A DNA stretch of 64,000 bases from NCBI GenBank assembly GCA_051362555.1, contig JBPQGU010000016.1, positions 2,728,001 to 2,792,000 of the forward strand, in the 5' to 3' direction. Under the pieces are notes generated by a model, which was not told the origin of the DNA, did no database searches, and was given only the letters and a program-made list of their open reading frames with translations. Origin of the DNA: Lingula anatina. Taxonomy: Eukaryota; Animalia; Brachiopoda. The first letter of the stretch is position 1. Each line of letters begins with the position of its first letter. The position numbers and the translations under genes are program-made. Shown here piece after piece: positions 11,504 to 24,384 of the stretch.

Positions 11504-14404
11504 TTAATATTTTTTAAAAATTTTATTTGTTTTCTTAAAAAAAATAAATTTTTGTAAAACAAAAGTTATAAATAATACAAAAAACAAAAATAATAAAAAA
11601 TACCAAAAAAATTCTAAATAATCAAAAATAATTAAAAATATACCTGTTTTAACTGAAAAAATATTTGATAATAATTCAAAAATAAAATATCCAAATAAAA
11701 TTGCAAATATTGTTGATAACAATAGAAAAATAGAAAAATTTAATAAATATTTTATATTTCATTTTCAATTTGGAAATCCAATTGTTGAAATATTTAAAAA
11801 TAATTTTTTATCATTATTAATTTGTCAAATAATAATTGAAACAATAATTAAAAATAAAATCAATGAAAAAACTAAAATAATAAATAAAAAATATCACTCA
11901 TAAATTTTAAAATGTTTAGACTTAATTTCTGATAACAAACTTAAAGATGAAGATTCAGCATTAATAATTTCAACATTTTTAAAATCTTTTAAATCTGTTT
12001 TTGTTGGATCTATATCTATAATAAGATTTCTTTTTAAATAACTTTTTTCATTATTTGAAAAAATAAAATTATAAATACCTGAGTTTTCAGAATTAATTAT
12101 TTCATTTTTGGATAAAAAACTGTAATTAACAACACTTATTGGTTGATTAAATTTAGAATATGGAATAAAACCTGCTACTGTAAATAATCACTCATTATTT
12201 TTTAAATTATTATTTTTTTCTTTTAATGATATTTTTTTATATAAAAATTTATCATTTACATAAAATCTTTTTATTACTTTATCACCAACTTTAAAACCAG
12301 AATTTTTATATGATTCAGGTAAAAGTATATATTCTTTTGATCCATCTTTTTCTAAATAAAATTCACCATTTTTATTAAACTTTATACCTTGTAAAATTAA
12401 GCTTTCTTTTAAACCATCAAAAAAATTAATTCAATTATTTTCTTTTGAAAAAAATAAAGTATATTTTAATGATGATGAATCTATAATTTCAGTTTTTTCT
12501 TTAAATGGATTTACTATTTCACTTTTTAATAATAAACTTGGTAAATCTGTTTTTTTATCATATGGTGCAACATTAACAAAAATTTTTTCTATTTTAAATG
12601 ACTCTAATAATTTTCTTTGTTTTTCATCAGGAAAATCTTTAGATTTTATCATTACTGGTATTCCATCACCACACCTATCATTTCTAAAGGTGTTGCTTTT
12701 TAAACTATTAAAAATTTCATAAATACATTCAGCATGTAAATTATCATTTGATAAAATTTCAGAAATTGTCTTTTTAAAATCATTAATTTGAACAATATTT
12801 TGTGAAAATTCACTATTTTTTTCAACAAAATTAACTTTTTTTTCTATACTATTACCATTTTTTAAGTACAAACTATTTAATTTTGAAATACTTTTTATAT
12901 TTTTTGGAAAAAAGTTTTTAGAATCAACAAAATTTGAAAAAGATATTTTAATAAAAAGAAAAAGAAAAAATAATAAAATTGAAAAAAAAGTTAAAAAAAA
13001 TAAAAATATTTTTTTATTTATTTTATTAAAAAAAAGTAATGTACTAACTCCTATTTTTGAAAAAAATATTGGAAATCATTTTTTAATAAAAACAAAAATT
13101 GGTTCTATTTTTATATTTTTTAATGAATTTTTATTTTCAAAATATATTAAATTCTTTTTATAAAAATATATTTGATATATATATGATGTAAATGCAAAAA
13201 AAACAGGAAGAATTATTAAAAATGAAATAATAAAAAATGGATTAAAATATTCTTTTTTTAATCTAAAAAATGAACTATCAAAATTTCATTCATAAAAATA
13301 AACACTTAAAAATGTTCCAAAAAACAAACTTATAATTGATATACAAAATATTATAAAAAAACTTGTAAATGTATCAATTAAAATTATTTTTTTAAAATTT
13401 AATCCATTAAAAATTAAAGACTGTATTTGTTTTTTTCTTGAATATAATTCTTCTTTTTCAACAAATTTAATAAATAAAACTAAAATTATAATTAATAAAA
13501 ATGAAAAAAATGTAATTATAAAAATATTAAATAAATTATTAATTTTAATTTTTAATCCACCATTAAAATCTTTATCAAATTTATGAATTGAAATATTTGA
13601 ATTACTTCATTTTTTAGAAAAAAAACTTCTAATATTATCAATTATTTCTTTTTTTTGTGTTTCATTTGTAGATTTATAAAACTTAATATATATATTTTTT
13701 TGTTGTGTATGTTCTTTATTAAATTTCTTTAATAAAAATTCATATTGTTTTTTATTTACAAAAACTTTTGCAAAATTTTCAAAATAACCATTTTTATTAA
13801 ATGATTCTAAATATATACTATTTTTTAATGTTTCTGTAAGATTTAATGAATAATCACTTATTCTTTCACCAATAAATTTTACTTTAAATTCTTTGTTACC
13901 AAGATCAAATTTATTACCAACTTTAAAATTTGGATTTAAATCTACAAATTTTGTATTTAAAATAACTTCATTATCTTTTAATTCTTCAATATTTATAACT
14001 TCATTATTTGATGAATTTACTAATTGATTAAATGTTTGTTGTTTTGAAAATCTTGTTATTAAATAATTTTTTTTGTTTTTAATATCAACTCAAAAAAAAT
14101 ATGGTGAATAATTATATTTAAATGTATTTTTATACTTTTTTAATCTAAATTCATTATCTATTAATTCATCTTCAACTTCTTTATTTTCTAATTTTAAACG
14201 TGGTAAATTAATTCTATAATCAAAAGCAACTGATTTATTTAAAAAATTATTATTTTTTATTTGAGATAAAATTTGAAATTGAAATAATGGAGCAAATAAA
14301 CCAACTATTAAAAAAATTGAAATAGCAAAAATAAAAAAATTAATTTTTCTTTTTTTAATCAAGTTTTTTATTTTGTTTTTAAATATTAATCAAAAAAATT
14401 TCAT
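11504..14404 (-). CDS. Large ABC transporter permease (FtsX/MacB-like), about 966 aa
   Basis: Three track ORFs share one frame; topology of TM, extracellular domain, TM bundle repeated twice. Confidence 0.65.
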
Positions 14405-14426
14405 TTTATTTATATAATTAGGATAT

Positions 14427-14831
14427 ATGAAAAATTGTATTTTTTGTAAAATTATCAATAAAGAAATTGAATCAAAAATTCTTTATGAAAATGATACATT
14501 AATTGTTATTTTAGATGTTTTTCCTTCTGATGTTGGTCATTGTTTAATTATAACTAAAAAACATAAAGAAAATATTTTAAAATTAAATAAAAATGAAATA
14601 AAAGAAATTGCATTAGTACAACAAAAAATAACAAATCTATTAAATTATAAATTAAAACCAAAAGGATTTAACTTTTTAAATAATTTTAATCCAATTGCTG
14701 GACAAATAATTGATCATTATCATTTACATATTATTCCAAAATATAAAAAAAATATAGGTTTTTCAGTTAAAGTTGAAAAATCTGATGAAAAAATTGACAT
14801 TGAAAAAGTTTGAAAAACTATTAAAAATTAA
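14427..14831 (+). CDS. HIT family hydrolase
   Basis: CIFCKII and GQIIDHYHLHIIP histidine triad. Confidence 0.93.
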
Positions 14832-14968
14832 TTTTTTATATTTCTTTTATTTGGTTTAATAAAAAATTCTCTTCTTTTAAATTCTTTTTTAACACCTAAT
14901 GATGCTCTTTTAAATCTTCTAACTAAAGAATTAATATTTTCATTTTCTTTTATTTTAATAATAATCAT
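14828..14968 (-). CDS. rpsU: 30S ribosomal protein S21
   Basis: MIIIKIKENENINSLVRRFKR...KELKRREFFIKP. Confidence 0.85.
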   Translation of the reverse strand: MIIIKIKENENINSLVRRFKRASLGVKKEFKRREFFIKPNKRNIKN

Positions 14969-15023
14969 AGATAAAAAAATTTTATCATAAAAAATAAATA
15001 TAAAAATTTATAATTTAAATAAT

Positions 15024-15992
15024 ATGTTAATTTTATCAATTGAAAGTAGTTGTGATGAAAGTAGTGTTGCAATTTTAAAAAACAATAAAGTAGTTAATTG
15101 TTTAACAATATCACAAATTGAAACATTCAAAAATTTTGGAGGTGTAATTCCTATAATTGCAAGTGATTTACATGTAAAAAATATTCCAATTTTAATAGAA
15201 AAAATAAAAAATAAAAATCCAATTGAATTTAAATTAATAGATGCAATTGCATATACTGAAAAACCTGGATTAATTGGTTGTTTAAATATTGGATATACAT
15301 GTGCAAAATTTATTTCTGATTATAAAAAAATACCATTAATTCCTGTAAATCATTTACATGGACATATTTATGCATCAGAACTTAATGATAAACAAAAAAT
15401 AGAATATCCAGCACTTGCAATTGTTATAAGTGGTGGACATACAAGTATTTTTTATCTTGAAAAAGAACTAAAATTTAAATTAATTTCAAAAACTTTAGAT
15501 GATGCAGCAGGTGAAATGATAGATAAAGTTGCAAGAAAATTAAATTTGCAATATCCTGGTGGACCAAAAATTGAAAAACTTGCAAAAAATGGAAAACATA
15601 AATTTAAAATTCCTATTTATAATAAAAATGATGATTTAAATTTTTCATTTTCAGGTATTAAAACACATTGTATAAATTTAATTAATAATTCAAATTTTAA
15701 TGAAAATGATAAAAAAAACTTTGCTTTTTCATTACAAGAAACAATTTTTGAAAATATAATTTTTAAGGTAAATAAAATAATTAATAAAAATTTTGTTAAA
15801 ACAATAATTTTAAGCGGTGGTGTTGCAAGTAATGAAAGTTTACAAAAAAAATTTAAAGAAAATTTTAAAAAAATTAAAATTTTAATACCAGAAAAAAAAT
15901 ATTGTACTGATAATGCAGCAATGATTGGAATTGTTGGTTATAAAATTTTTAAAAATAATAAAATATTATATAAATATGATTCAAAAAAATAA
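15024..15992 (+). CDS. tsaD: tRNA threonylcarbamoyltransferase TsaD
   Basis: IESSCDE, NHLHGH, SGGHT, DDAAGE, TDNAAMIG. Confidence 0.96.
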   Translation: MLILSIESSCDESSVAILKNNKVVNCLTISQIETFKNFGGVIPIIASDLHVKNIPILIEKIKNKNPIEFKLIDAIAYTEKPGLIGCLNIGYTCAKFISDYKKIPLIPVNHLHGHIYASELNDKQKIEYPALAIVISGGHTSIFYLEKELKFKLISKTLDDAAGEMIDKVARKLNLQYPGGPKIEKLAKNGKHKFKIPIYNKNDDLNFSFSGIKTHCINLINNSNFNENDKKNFAFSLQETIFENIIFKVNKIINKNFVKTIILSGGVASNESLQKKFKENFKKIKILIPEKKYCTDNAAMIGIVGYKIFKNNKILYKYDSKK

Positions 15993-16917
15993 TTTTAATA
16001 AAAAATCATTAACATTAAAAATAATAAAATATTTAATATTATTTTTAATTATTTTCTTTTTAGTAATAACAACCTTTAGATTATCAATAGTTGGTCAAAC
16101 AATAGATAATTTTGTATTTCATTTACCATTTGGTATATTAAAATATTTCTTATATTTTTGTTTATTTTTTCAAATTATTTTTTATACTTTTAATAAAAAA
16201 ATTTTCAAATTAAATAAAATAAATAAAAAATTAATTATAAAAATAACATGATGTATATTTAATATTTTTTGAATTACAGGTTTATTAACAACTATTTTTT
16301 TAAATATAAATAATAATATTTTAGCTTATAAAAATTACTCTTTTAATAAAATTTTTTCAAATTTTTGAAAAGAATATAAAGTAAATAATGTTATATTTCA
16401 AGAAAATATAAATTTTTTTATAGGATATAAACCATTTATTTTAATAACTGAAAAAAATATTAGTGGAATTATTGGTTTAACAATAGCAACATTATTTAAT
16501 TACACATATATTATTTCATCCATTATTTTAAATTTTTTTAGTTTATTTTTTATGTTTTCTTTTTTATTTTTTAATCATCCATTTTATTTATTATTTAAAA
16601 AAGAAAAAAGAAATTTAATAAAATGGAAAAATATGAAAGAAGGATTTAAAAAAATAAAATTTAAACCTGAAACAATGAATCAAATACATGATGAAAACAT
16701 AACAATTGAAGTACCTATTGTTTATAAAATGAGTAAAAAAGCAGATAATATTGCTTCTGAAAATTTAAAATTAATAAAAAAACAACATCAAGAAAAAATT
16801 GAAGAAAAAGAAAAAGAACATACTAGAGAAATTGAATGAGAAATTCCTGAATTTTCATCTAATAAAAATGATAAAAATAAAAATATTATTTTAGAAAACT
16901 TAAATAAAGAAAAAGAA

Positions 16918-16963
<46 letters not shown>

Positions 16964-18351
16964 TATATCCAAAAAATGATATTTATAACAAAGTAAATAA
17001 TCAAGATATTGAAGAAATAAAAAAATTTAATAAAATTGAATCATTAAAAAATAAAAATAAAATAGAAAATGTTTTAAAAATTTATAATGTTAATGCAAAT
17101 GTTAATAATTTTTATATTGGTCCAACATTTACAAAATTTGAAATAGAATTAGGAACTGGGGTAAAAGTTCAAAAATTTAAAGAATTAAAAGAAGAATTTG
17201 AAATAGAATTAGCAAGTAACAGAATAAGAATTGAAGCACCTATACCAGGTAAATCTGCTGTTGGTATAGAAATACCAAATAAAAAAAGATTAAATATTTA
17301 TTGAAATTCAGTAATTAAAGATTTAACAAAAGAAAATAATTCTTTAAAATTATTAATTGGAAAAGATGTTATTGGTAACACAAAAATTATTCAATTAGAA
17401 AAACAACCTCACCTACTTATAGCTGGAGCAACTGGAGGTGGAAAATCAGTTTGTTTACTTTCAGTAATTTCATCATTAATTTCTCAACATTCTCCAGAAG
17501 AATTAAAATTACTATTAATTGATCCAAAACAAGTCGAACTTACAGTATTTAATGATTTACCTCATTTAGTAAGACCAATTATTAATGATAATAAAATTGC
17601 AATTTTAGCTTTAAAAAATGTTCTTAAAATAATAAAAAAACGTTTTGAAATTTTTAAAGAATCAAAAACAAATAAAATTGATTCATATAATTATAAAAAT
17701 CCAGATAAAAAAATACCATATTTTGTTGTAATAATAGATGAATTAGCTGATTTAATGTTTTCAAACAAAAAAGATGTAGAAGACTCAATAATTAAAATAA
17801 CACAAATTGCAAGAGCAGCAGGAGTATTTTTAGTTATTGCTACACAAAGACCATCTACTGATGTTCTAACTGGTTTAATTAAAGCAAATATTCCAGGAAG
17901 AATAGCATTTAATGTTTCTAATCAATTTGATTCAAGAACAATTTTAAATAAAACTGGTGCTGAACAACTTTTAGGATATGGAGATATGTTAATTTTAAAT
18001 CCATTAGGACAAAAAATTTCTAGAGCACAAGGTGTTTATATAAAAAATGATGAAATAAATACATTAGTTAATTTTTGAAAAAATAAAAATTATAAAAATA
18101 ATTATTGAAAAAATTTTATTAATTTAGAAGAAAATTTAAATTCAATAGAAAATGTAAATTTTAATGAAAATGATTTAGAAATTTATGAAAAAACTTTAAA
18201 TCTAATAAAAAATAAAGAATATATTTCTATTTCTTGAATTCAAAGATATTTTTCAATTGGTTATAACAAAGCAGCAAAAATAACTGAAAAATTAGAAAAT
18301 GAAAAAAAAATAGTTAAATCTGGTAATAAATACAAAATAATTGATGAATAA
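15976..18351 (+). CDS. ftsK: DNA translocase FtsK/SpoIIIE
   Basis: N-terminal TMs; PHLLIAGATGGGKS, IIDELADLM, ATQRPS; gamma domain SWIQRYFSIGYNKAAK. Confidence 0.93.
16918..16962 (+). repeat. (AAT)15 microsatellite, poly-Asn in FtsK linker
   Basis: 15 perfect AAT units read directly. Confidence 0.9.
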
Positions 18352-18357
18352 ATAAAA

Positions 18358-19356
18358 TTATAAATATGGAACACCAACTTTTTTATTAATTAATTTCATT
18401 TTTTTTTCGGCAATTTTTTTTGCTCTTTTAAAACCTAAATTTAAATATTCTTTTAATATCTTAGGATTATTATTAAAATATTTTACTTTTTTATGAATTG
18501 GTTTTAATTTATTTATTAATGAATTTAAAACATTTAATTTTAAATCTAAATAATTATTACAAATTTCTTTTAATTCTTTTTCAGCTAAAAAAATATTTTT
18601 TTCATTACACAATGAATAAATAAGAATTAAATTTGAAACACCAGGTTTATTTTCAAAATCAAATTTAATTATATTTTCTGAATCTGTTTTACAACTTTTT
18701 ATTTTTTTTGTTATTTCTTCAATTGAATCATTTAAAAAAATCGTAGATAATTTATTTTTAACAGATTTTGACATTTTTTTATCTGGATTTTGTAAATCTC
18801 TAATTCTATAATTTGTACCAGACATTTCAATAAATTCAGGTAATTTAAATACATTTTTATATTGTTTATTAAACCTTTTACATAAGCCTCTAGTTAATTC
18901 TAAATGTTGTTTTTGATCTGGACCAATTAAAACATCTGCATCAAAAAGTAAAATATCACTTGCCATTAAAACAGGATAACTATATAAACCTAATGATTTA
19001 AAAACACCTTTATTTATTTTAGATTTAAATTGTGTCATTCTATTTAATTGACCAACTGGTTGAAAAGATGATAATAAACAACTTAACATTGTATGTTCTT
19101 GAATTTGAGATTGAATATAAACATTTTCTTTTTCAATTCCACATGCAAAAGCTATTTTTGCTAATTCTTCTTGAAAGATTGGAATTTCTTCATTTTCTTT
19201 TCTAGTACTTATTGAATGTAAATCACCAATTAAAAAAAATAAATCATATTCTTTTTGTAATTTAATTAAATTTTTAAAAATTATTAAATAATGAGCTAAT
19301 GTTGGGAAACTTGAAGAGGTAATACCACTAATAATTCTTCTTTTTTTCAATTTCAT
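18358..19356 (-). CDS. trpS: Tryptophan--tRNA ligase
   Basis: YPVLMASDIL, GPDQKQHLEL, KMSKS. Confidence 0.95.
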   Translation of the reverse strand: MKLKKRRIISGITSSSFPTLAHYLIIFKNLIKLQKEYDLFFLIGDLHSISTRKENEEIPIFQEELAKIAFACGIEKENVYIQSQIQEHTMLSCLLSSFQPVGQLNRMTQFKSKINKGVFKSLGLYSYPVLMASDILLFDADVLIGPDQKQHLELTRGLCKRFNKQYKNVFKLPEFIEMSGTNYRIRDLQNPDKKMSKSVKNKLSTIFLNDSIEEITKKIKSCKTDSENIIKFDFENKPGVSNLILIYSLCNEKNIFLAEKELKEICNNYLDLKLNVLNSLINKLKPIHKKVKYFNNNPKILKEYLNLGFKRAKKIAEKKMKLINKKVGVPYL

Positions 19357-19933
19357 TTTCTTTTTTTGAATTTTTTATATCATCATTTTTAATAATAAAA
19401 TTATCTTCAATTTTATTATCATTATTAATTATTTGTAAATTTGTATCATCTTTTTTTTGATGTTGTCATAAATTAAATATTTTTACATTCATTGCAATAC
19501 CAAGAAAAGTTAAAATAATTGAAAATGGTGAACATACAAAAAATATTATTCTAGATAATATTGTTGTTTTTATTATTGTACGAACTTGTATATCTGAATC
19601 ATAAAATCATACTAAAAATAAACAAATAATTCCAATAATTAATGTAAAAAAAATACTAAAAAATAATATTTTAAAATCTTTATATACTTTTTGAACAAAA
19701 AAATTATATTTTTTTTTAAAAAAAAGAAAAAAATATAATAAATAAACAGAAAAAAATAAAACAGATATTGCAAAAATTGAAGTAACAACTATTCTAAAAG
19801 AAACAATATCTGTTCAACCAGTACTTCTAAATGCAAAAATATTTGTAATTACTAAATTTAAAACAAAAGATATATTTAAAATACTAAAAATTTGTTTATA
19901 AAATAAAAATTCTGAAAGTTTTATTTTTTTCAT
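19328..19933 (-). CDS. Hypothetical 4-TM membrane protein, about 201 aa
   Basis: Open in code 4 from ATG 19933 to TAG 19328; four hydrophobic segments and a charged tail. Confidence 0.6.
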
Positions 19934-19954
19934 CTATAAAATTTATTGTTAAAA

Positions 19955-20028
19955 TGGAGCAGATAAAGAGAATCGAACTCTCATCTTCAGCTTGGAAGGC
20001 TGTGGTTTTGCCATTAAACTATATCTGC
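19955..20028 (-). tRNA. tRNA-Gly(TCC)
   Basis: Anticodon loop CTTCCAA. Confidence 0.93.
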
Positions 20029-20064
20029 AAAATTATTTATTACATTTTAACATAAAAAATAATA

Positions 20065-20727
20065 TTAAATATTTAAATCAAAATATTGTAACAATACAAA
20101 AAATGAACAAATTGAAACTGCTTGTCCTAAATTAATACTACTTGTTAATTTTGTTTGATTAATTTTAAATAAATTATTTGAATACTTTTTAATTATATTT
20201 TTTGGTAAACCAACAGATTCTTTTCCAAAAACAATAAAAATTGGTTTTTCAATCATTGTAAAATCAAAATCTGTAATTTTTTTGTCTGCTTTTGAAGAAG
20301 TTGTAACAATATAAATATCTTTATTTTTTGAAATAAAATCTTCTCATGATGAATATTTCTTAATATCTGCTAATTCAAAATGATTTGCACTACTTCTTTT
20401 TAATCATTTTTTTGAAAATATAAAACCAAATGGTTCAATTAAATGTAATGTAAAATCAAATGAACAAGCAAGTCTAATAATTGTTCCAACATTTCCAGGT
20501 ATTTCTGGTTCTAATAAAACAATATTTATTTTCTTTTGAAAAAAATAATTTTCATTTGAATCTTTTCAAAAATACATTTTATTTTTACAAAAATTACAAA
20601 CAAAAAAAATAAAAGTTTGTTTTTTTATTATTTTTTCTTCTATTTTTGAAATACTATTTTCATCAATTAGTGATTTACAAAAATAACAAGTATTAAAATT
20701 TTTTATAATTAATTTTTTATATTCCAT
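20065..20727 (-). CDS. trmL: TrmL-family tRNA 2'-O-methyltransferase with N-terminal CxxC..CxxC extension
   Basis: IVLLEPEIPGNVG, LHLIEPFGF, FGKESVGLP; frame open upstream to an ATG overlapping the pcrA stop. Confidence 0.85.
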
Positions 20728-23264
20728 TAATCTATTATATTTATTTGTTTAGTTTTTTGTAATTCTTCAATAAATTCTGAAAAATTATAATCTGATGTTA
20801 TAAACAATGTTTTTCTTGCTCTTGTCATTCCAACAAATAACAATCTTCTTTCCTCTTCTAAATCATTAATTGTTTTAATTCTTCTTGTTGGAAATATATT
20901 TTTTGAAACATTAAAAATAAAAACATGATCAAATTCTAATCCTTTTGTATTATGAACTGTCATTAAATTAATTGAATTTTTTTTATCAATAAAATCATCT
21001 GAAATAGAAATTTTAATCATATTTAAAAATTCTAAAATTTTTGTTTTAATTGATTTATTTAAATTTTTATTTTCAAAATCATTTATTATATTTAATAAAA
21101 TTTTAATATTTTTAATTCTTTCATCTTTATTAAAATAAAGTTTATCTAAAATATTTAAATATATTTTTTCAAAAATAACTTTACTTAAATATGATAAACT
21201 TTTAATTTCAAATAATTGTTTTTTATAAATAAAAATATTATCAAAAACTTCACTAATATTTGAAGAAATATTATTAAATTTTATATTATCTGAAATATTT
21301 TCAATAAACTTTAATAAAGTTTTGTTTTCTTCTTTTGCTGCATTTTTTAATTTTATTATTGTTTTTATACCAACAGCTTTTACTCACATTAAAATTTGTT
21401 CAACTTCAAAATCATTTTCATTTACCAATAATGAAATTAAAATCAAAAAATCTTTAATTTCTCTTCTTAAAAAAAATTTAATACCTTTAAAAATATAATA
21501 ATTAATTTTATTATTAATTAATTCTTTTTCTAACTTTGCTGATAAATAATGAGAACGATAAATGATACATATTTCATTTAATGGTACAAAATTATCAATT
21601 AATACTTTAATTTTATTTACAATTTCATCTACTTGTTCATACTCATTGCCAATAAATAATTCAGGTTTTTGAATATTTTTTTTTGTAGCAATGATATTTT
21701 TTAAAATACGATTTTTATTTTTTAAAATAAAAGAATTTGATAAATCAACAATATCTTTTGATGATCTATAATTTTTATTTAAAATTATAGTTTCAGTATT
21801 TTTAAAATCTTTATCAAAATTTAAAATATATTCAATATCTGCATCTCTTCAACCATATATTGTTTGATCAGGATCACCAACAATTGAAACTTTGATTTCT
21901 TTTCCATTATTTGATAATAATTTTATTAATAAATATTGTATTTTATTTGTATCTTGAAATTCATCTATAATTATTTGTGAATATCTTCTTTTTCATTTTA
22001 TTAAAAGTGATGGATTTTCTTTCAATAAAAAATATGTTTTTTTTAATAAATCAAAAAAATCTAATAAATTATTTTTTTGTTTATATTTTTCATATTCATT
22101 ACTTAAATTTCATAAAAATAAAATTTGTTTTTCATTTAAAATTGAATCAAATTTTAAAATTATTTCTTTAAAATTTTCATAATTTCTTATCTGTAAAAAT
22201 TTAGTTTCATTTAATGATTCAAAAATATAATTTATTGTTTCTTTGTCTATAATTTTTCCAAATAAATTAATTTTATTTTCTTTAATTATATTTTTAATAA
22301 TTTGTTTTTGATCTTCTTGATCTAAAATATTTAAATTTTTATTTTTTACAAAATTTAAATGGTTTTTTTCTTCTAAAAGAAACTTATAACAAAATGAATG
22401 ATATGTAAATATATGTTTACCATCAAAATCAGATATCTCATTTTTAATACGTTCTTTAATATTTTTACATGCTTTTTTTGTAAAAGTTAAAATTAAAATT
22501 TTATTAAAATCTACTTTTTTATTTTTGATTAAATTTAAAATTCTAGAAACCAAAACTGTTGTTTTACCTGTACCTGGTCCAGCAATTATTCTTAAATTTT
22601 TTTCTTTTGAAATTAAAGTTGCTTTTAACTGATTTTCATTTAAAAAATTATTATTTATATTTGTTTTTATTTTCATTTTTTTATTATTTTCTATGTTTTT
22701 TTCTTCTTTTACAAACACTTGTTGCCCTTCCATTACAACAAGAGCTAAATATTTTGAATCATAAAACAATCTATTTGATTTATTAATTTTTTGAAAAATA
22801 AAAATAAAAATAAATCAAAAAATATTTAAACAAGAAATTGAATTAATGATAAGTTTTATTATTTCTTTGTTATTCAATAAATTATTTTTTAATAAAATCA
22901 GATAAATAAAATTAGATAAAATATAACTTAAAAATAAAGTTAAATAAACAAAAAATTCTCTAATAATAAAAAAAATGATTGGTAATTTTTTATTATTTTC
23001 ATTAATTATTTTTATTTTAAAAATATATTTTCCAATTGTTTTTCCATTATTTAAAAATGGAATAACAATTTGTAATAAAACAAAAAAAATAATTGTTATT
23101 GAAAATGAAATTAAAGATAAAATTTGTATTTCTTCTTTTTGAAATTTAAATTGTTTTCATATTAAATAAAAAATTGATGTATATATTGAAATTATAATTA
23201 TTAAATCAAATAATCTTGCAAATATTCTTCTTCATTGTGATGCTAAAACAATATGTTTATTCAT
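20727..23264 (-). CDS. pcrA: RDD-domain / UvrD-PcrA helicase fusion, about 845 aa
   Basis: RDD motifs WRRIFARLFD and GKTIGKYIFKIKII in frame with AGPGTGKT, DEFQD, VGDPDQTIYGWR, HNTKGLEF, EEERRLLFVGMTRA. Confidence 0.88.
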
Positions 23265-23823
23265 TTAATTTTTTAATTTTATATTCTTTATACTCAAATA
23301 TTTCTAAAATTTTTTTAACTATTCGATTTTTTACAAAAAATAAATATACAAATAAATTAAATATTGGATTTACAATTGTAATCATAAATACAACTATTGG
23401 ATTTGCTTTTAAATAATCTAAAAAACTTAAATGTGATTTTTCAGAGAAAAATTTTAATTCTCCCATTATTAAAAAAAATATTATATAAATTATTGGCATT
23501 AATACTACCATTAAACATATTAATTTTTTTCTTTTTTTTAATCATGAAATAAAAAAACATGAAATACCACTTGCAAATCAAATAAAAACAAAAAAGAAAT
23601 CAAAAATCATACTTATATCAAATAATGCATGACCTAAAAAACCAGTTATAAAAGCTTCTCTAGGTGGAAAATAAAAAGCTTGAAATCATATCAAAAAATA
23701 AAAAACAGGTATAAAACCTGTTGTAAAAAATAATGGTCTAAATATTGATAATGATGTAGATAGCAAAGATCATATTGCAATAAAAGAACTACACAATACA
23801 ATATTTTTTAAAATTCATCTCAT
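23257..23823 (-). CDS. Membrane protein, possible ECF S-component
   Basis: 188 aa, about 5-6 TMs, AFITGFLGHALFD segment; ECF module nearby. Confidence 0.45.
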
Positions 23824-23836
23824 TTAAGTATATAAG

Positions 23837-23915
23837 TGGTGGGACCATTGGGAGTTGAACCCAAGACCTCACGATTATAAGTCGTGTGTTCTAACCACAT
23901 CTGAACTATGGCCCC
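23837..23915 (-). tRNA. tRNA-Ile(TAT)
   Basis: Anticodon arm CACGA-CTTATAA-TCGTG; anticodon at 23877-23879. Confidence 0.9.
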
Positions 23916-23950
23916 AGTATACTTTTATTATATAAAGAAAAAATAAAATT

Positions 23951-24376
23951 CTATCTTTTTGAGAATTGAGGAGCTTTTCTAGCTTTTTTAAGACCGTATT
24001 TCTTTCTTTCTTTTATTCTAGAATCTCTAGTTAAACAACCAGAATTACGTAGAATATTTTTATTTTCTGGGGATAAAGTTGCTAAAGCTTTAGCAATTGC
24101 AGCTCTACATGCAGAAGCTTGTCCTGAAAATCCACCACCAGAAACTTTTATTTTAATATCGTATTTACCAACAGTTTTTGTCAATAATAATACTTCTCTT
24201 ATTAGTCTTACAAATACAGTATTTGGAAAAAATTTTTCAATTTCTAATTCTTTTTTAATATTTTTACTATTTATTAAAATTTGCGAATCTTTTTTTTCTT
24301 CACATGGAAATAAAATTGCTTGTGCAATTGAACACTTTCTTTTTCCTGTACCTCTTATTAAATTGTTTTTTGTCAT
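23951..24376 (-). CDS. rpsI: 30S ribosomal protein S9
   Basis: GTGKRK; ERKKYGLKKARKAPQFSKR. Confidence 0.97.
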   Translation of the reverse strand: MTKNNLIRGTGKRKCSIAQAILFPCEEKKDSQILINSKNIKKELEIEKFFPNTVFVRLIREVLLLTKTVGKYDIKIKVSGGGFSGQASACRAAIAKALATLSPENKNILRNSGCLTRDSRIKERKKYGLKKARKAPQFSKR

Positions 24377-24384
24377 AATTTATA

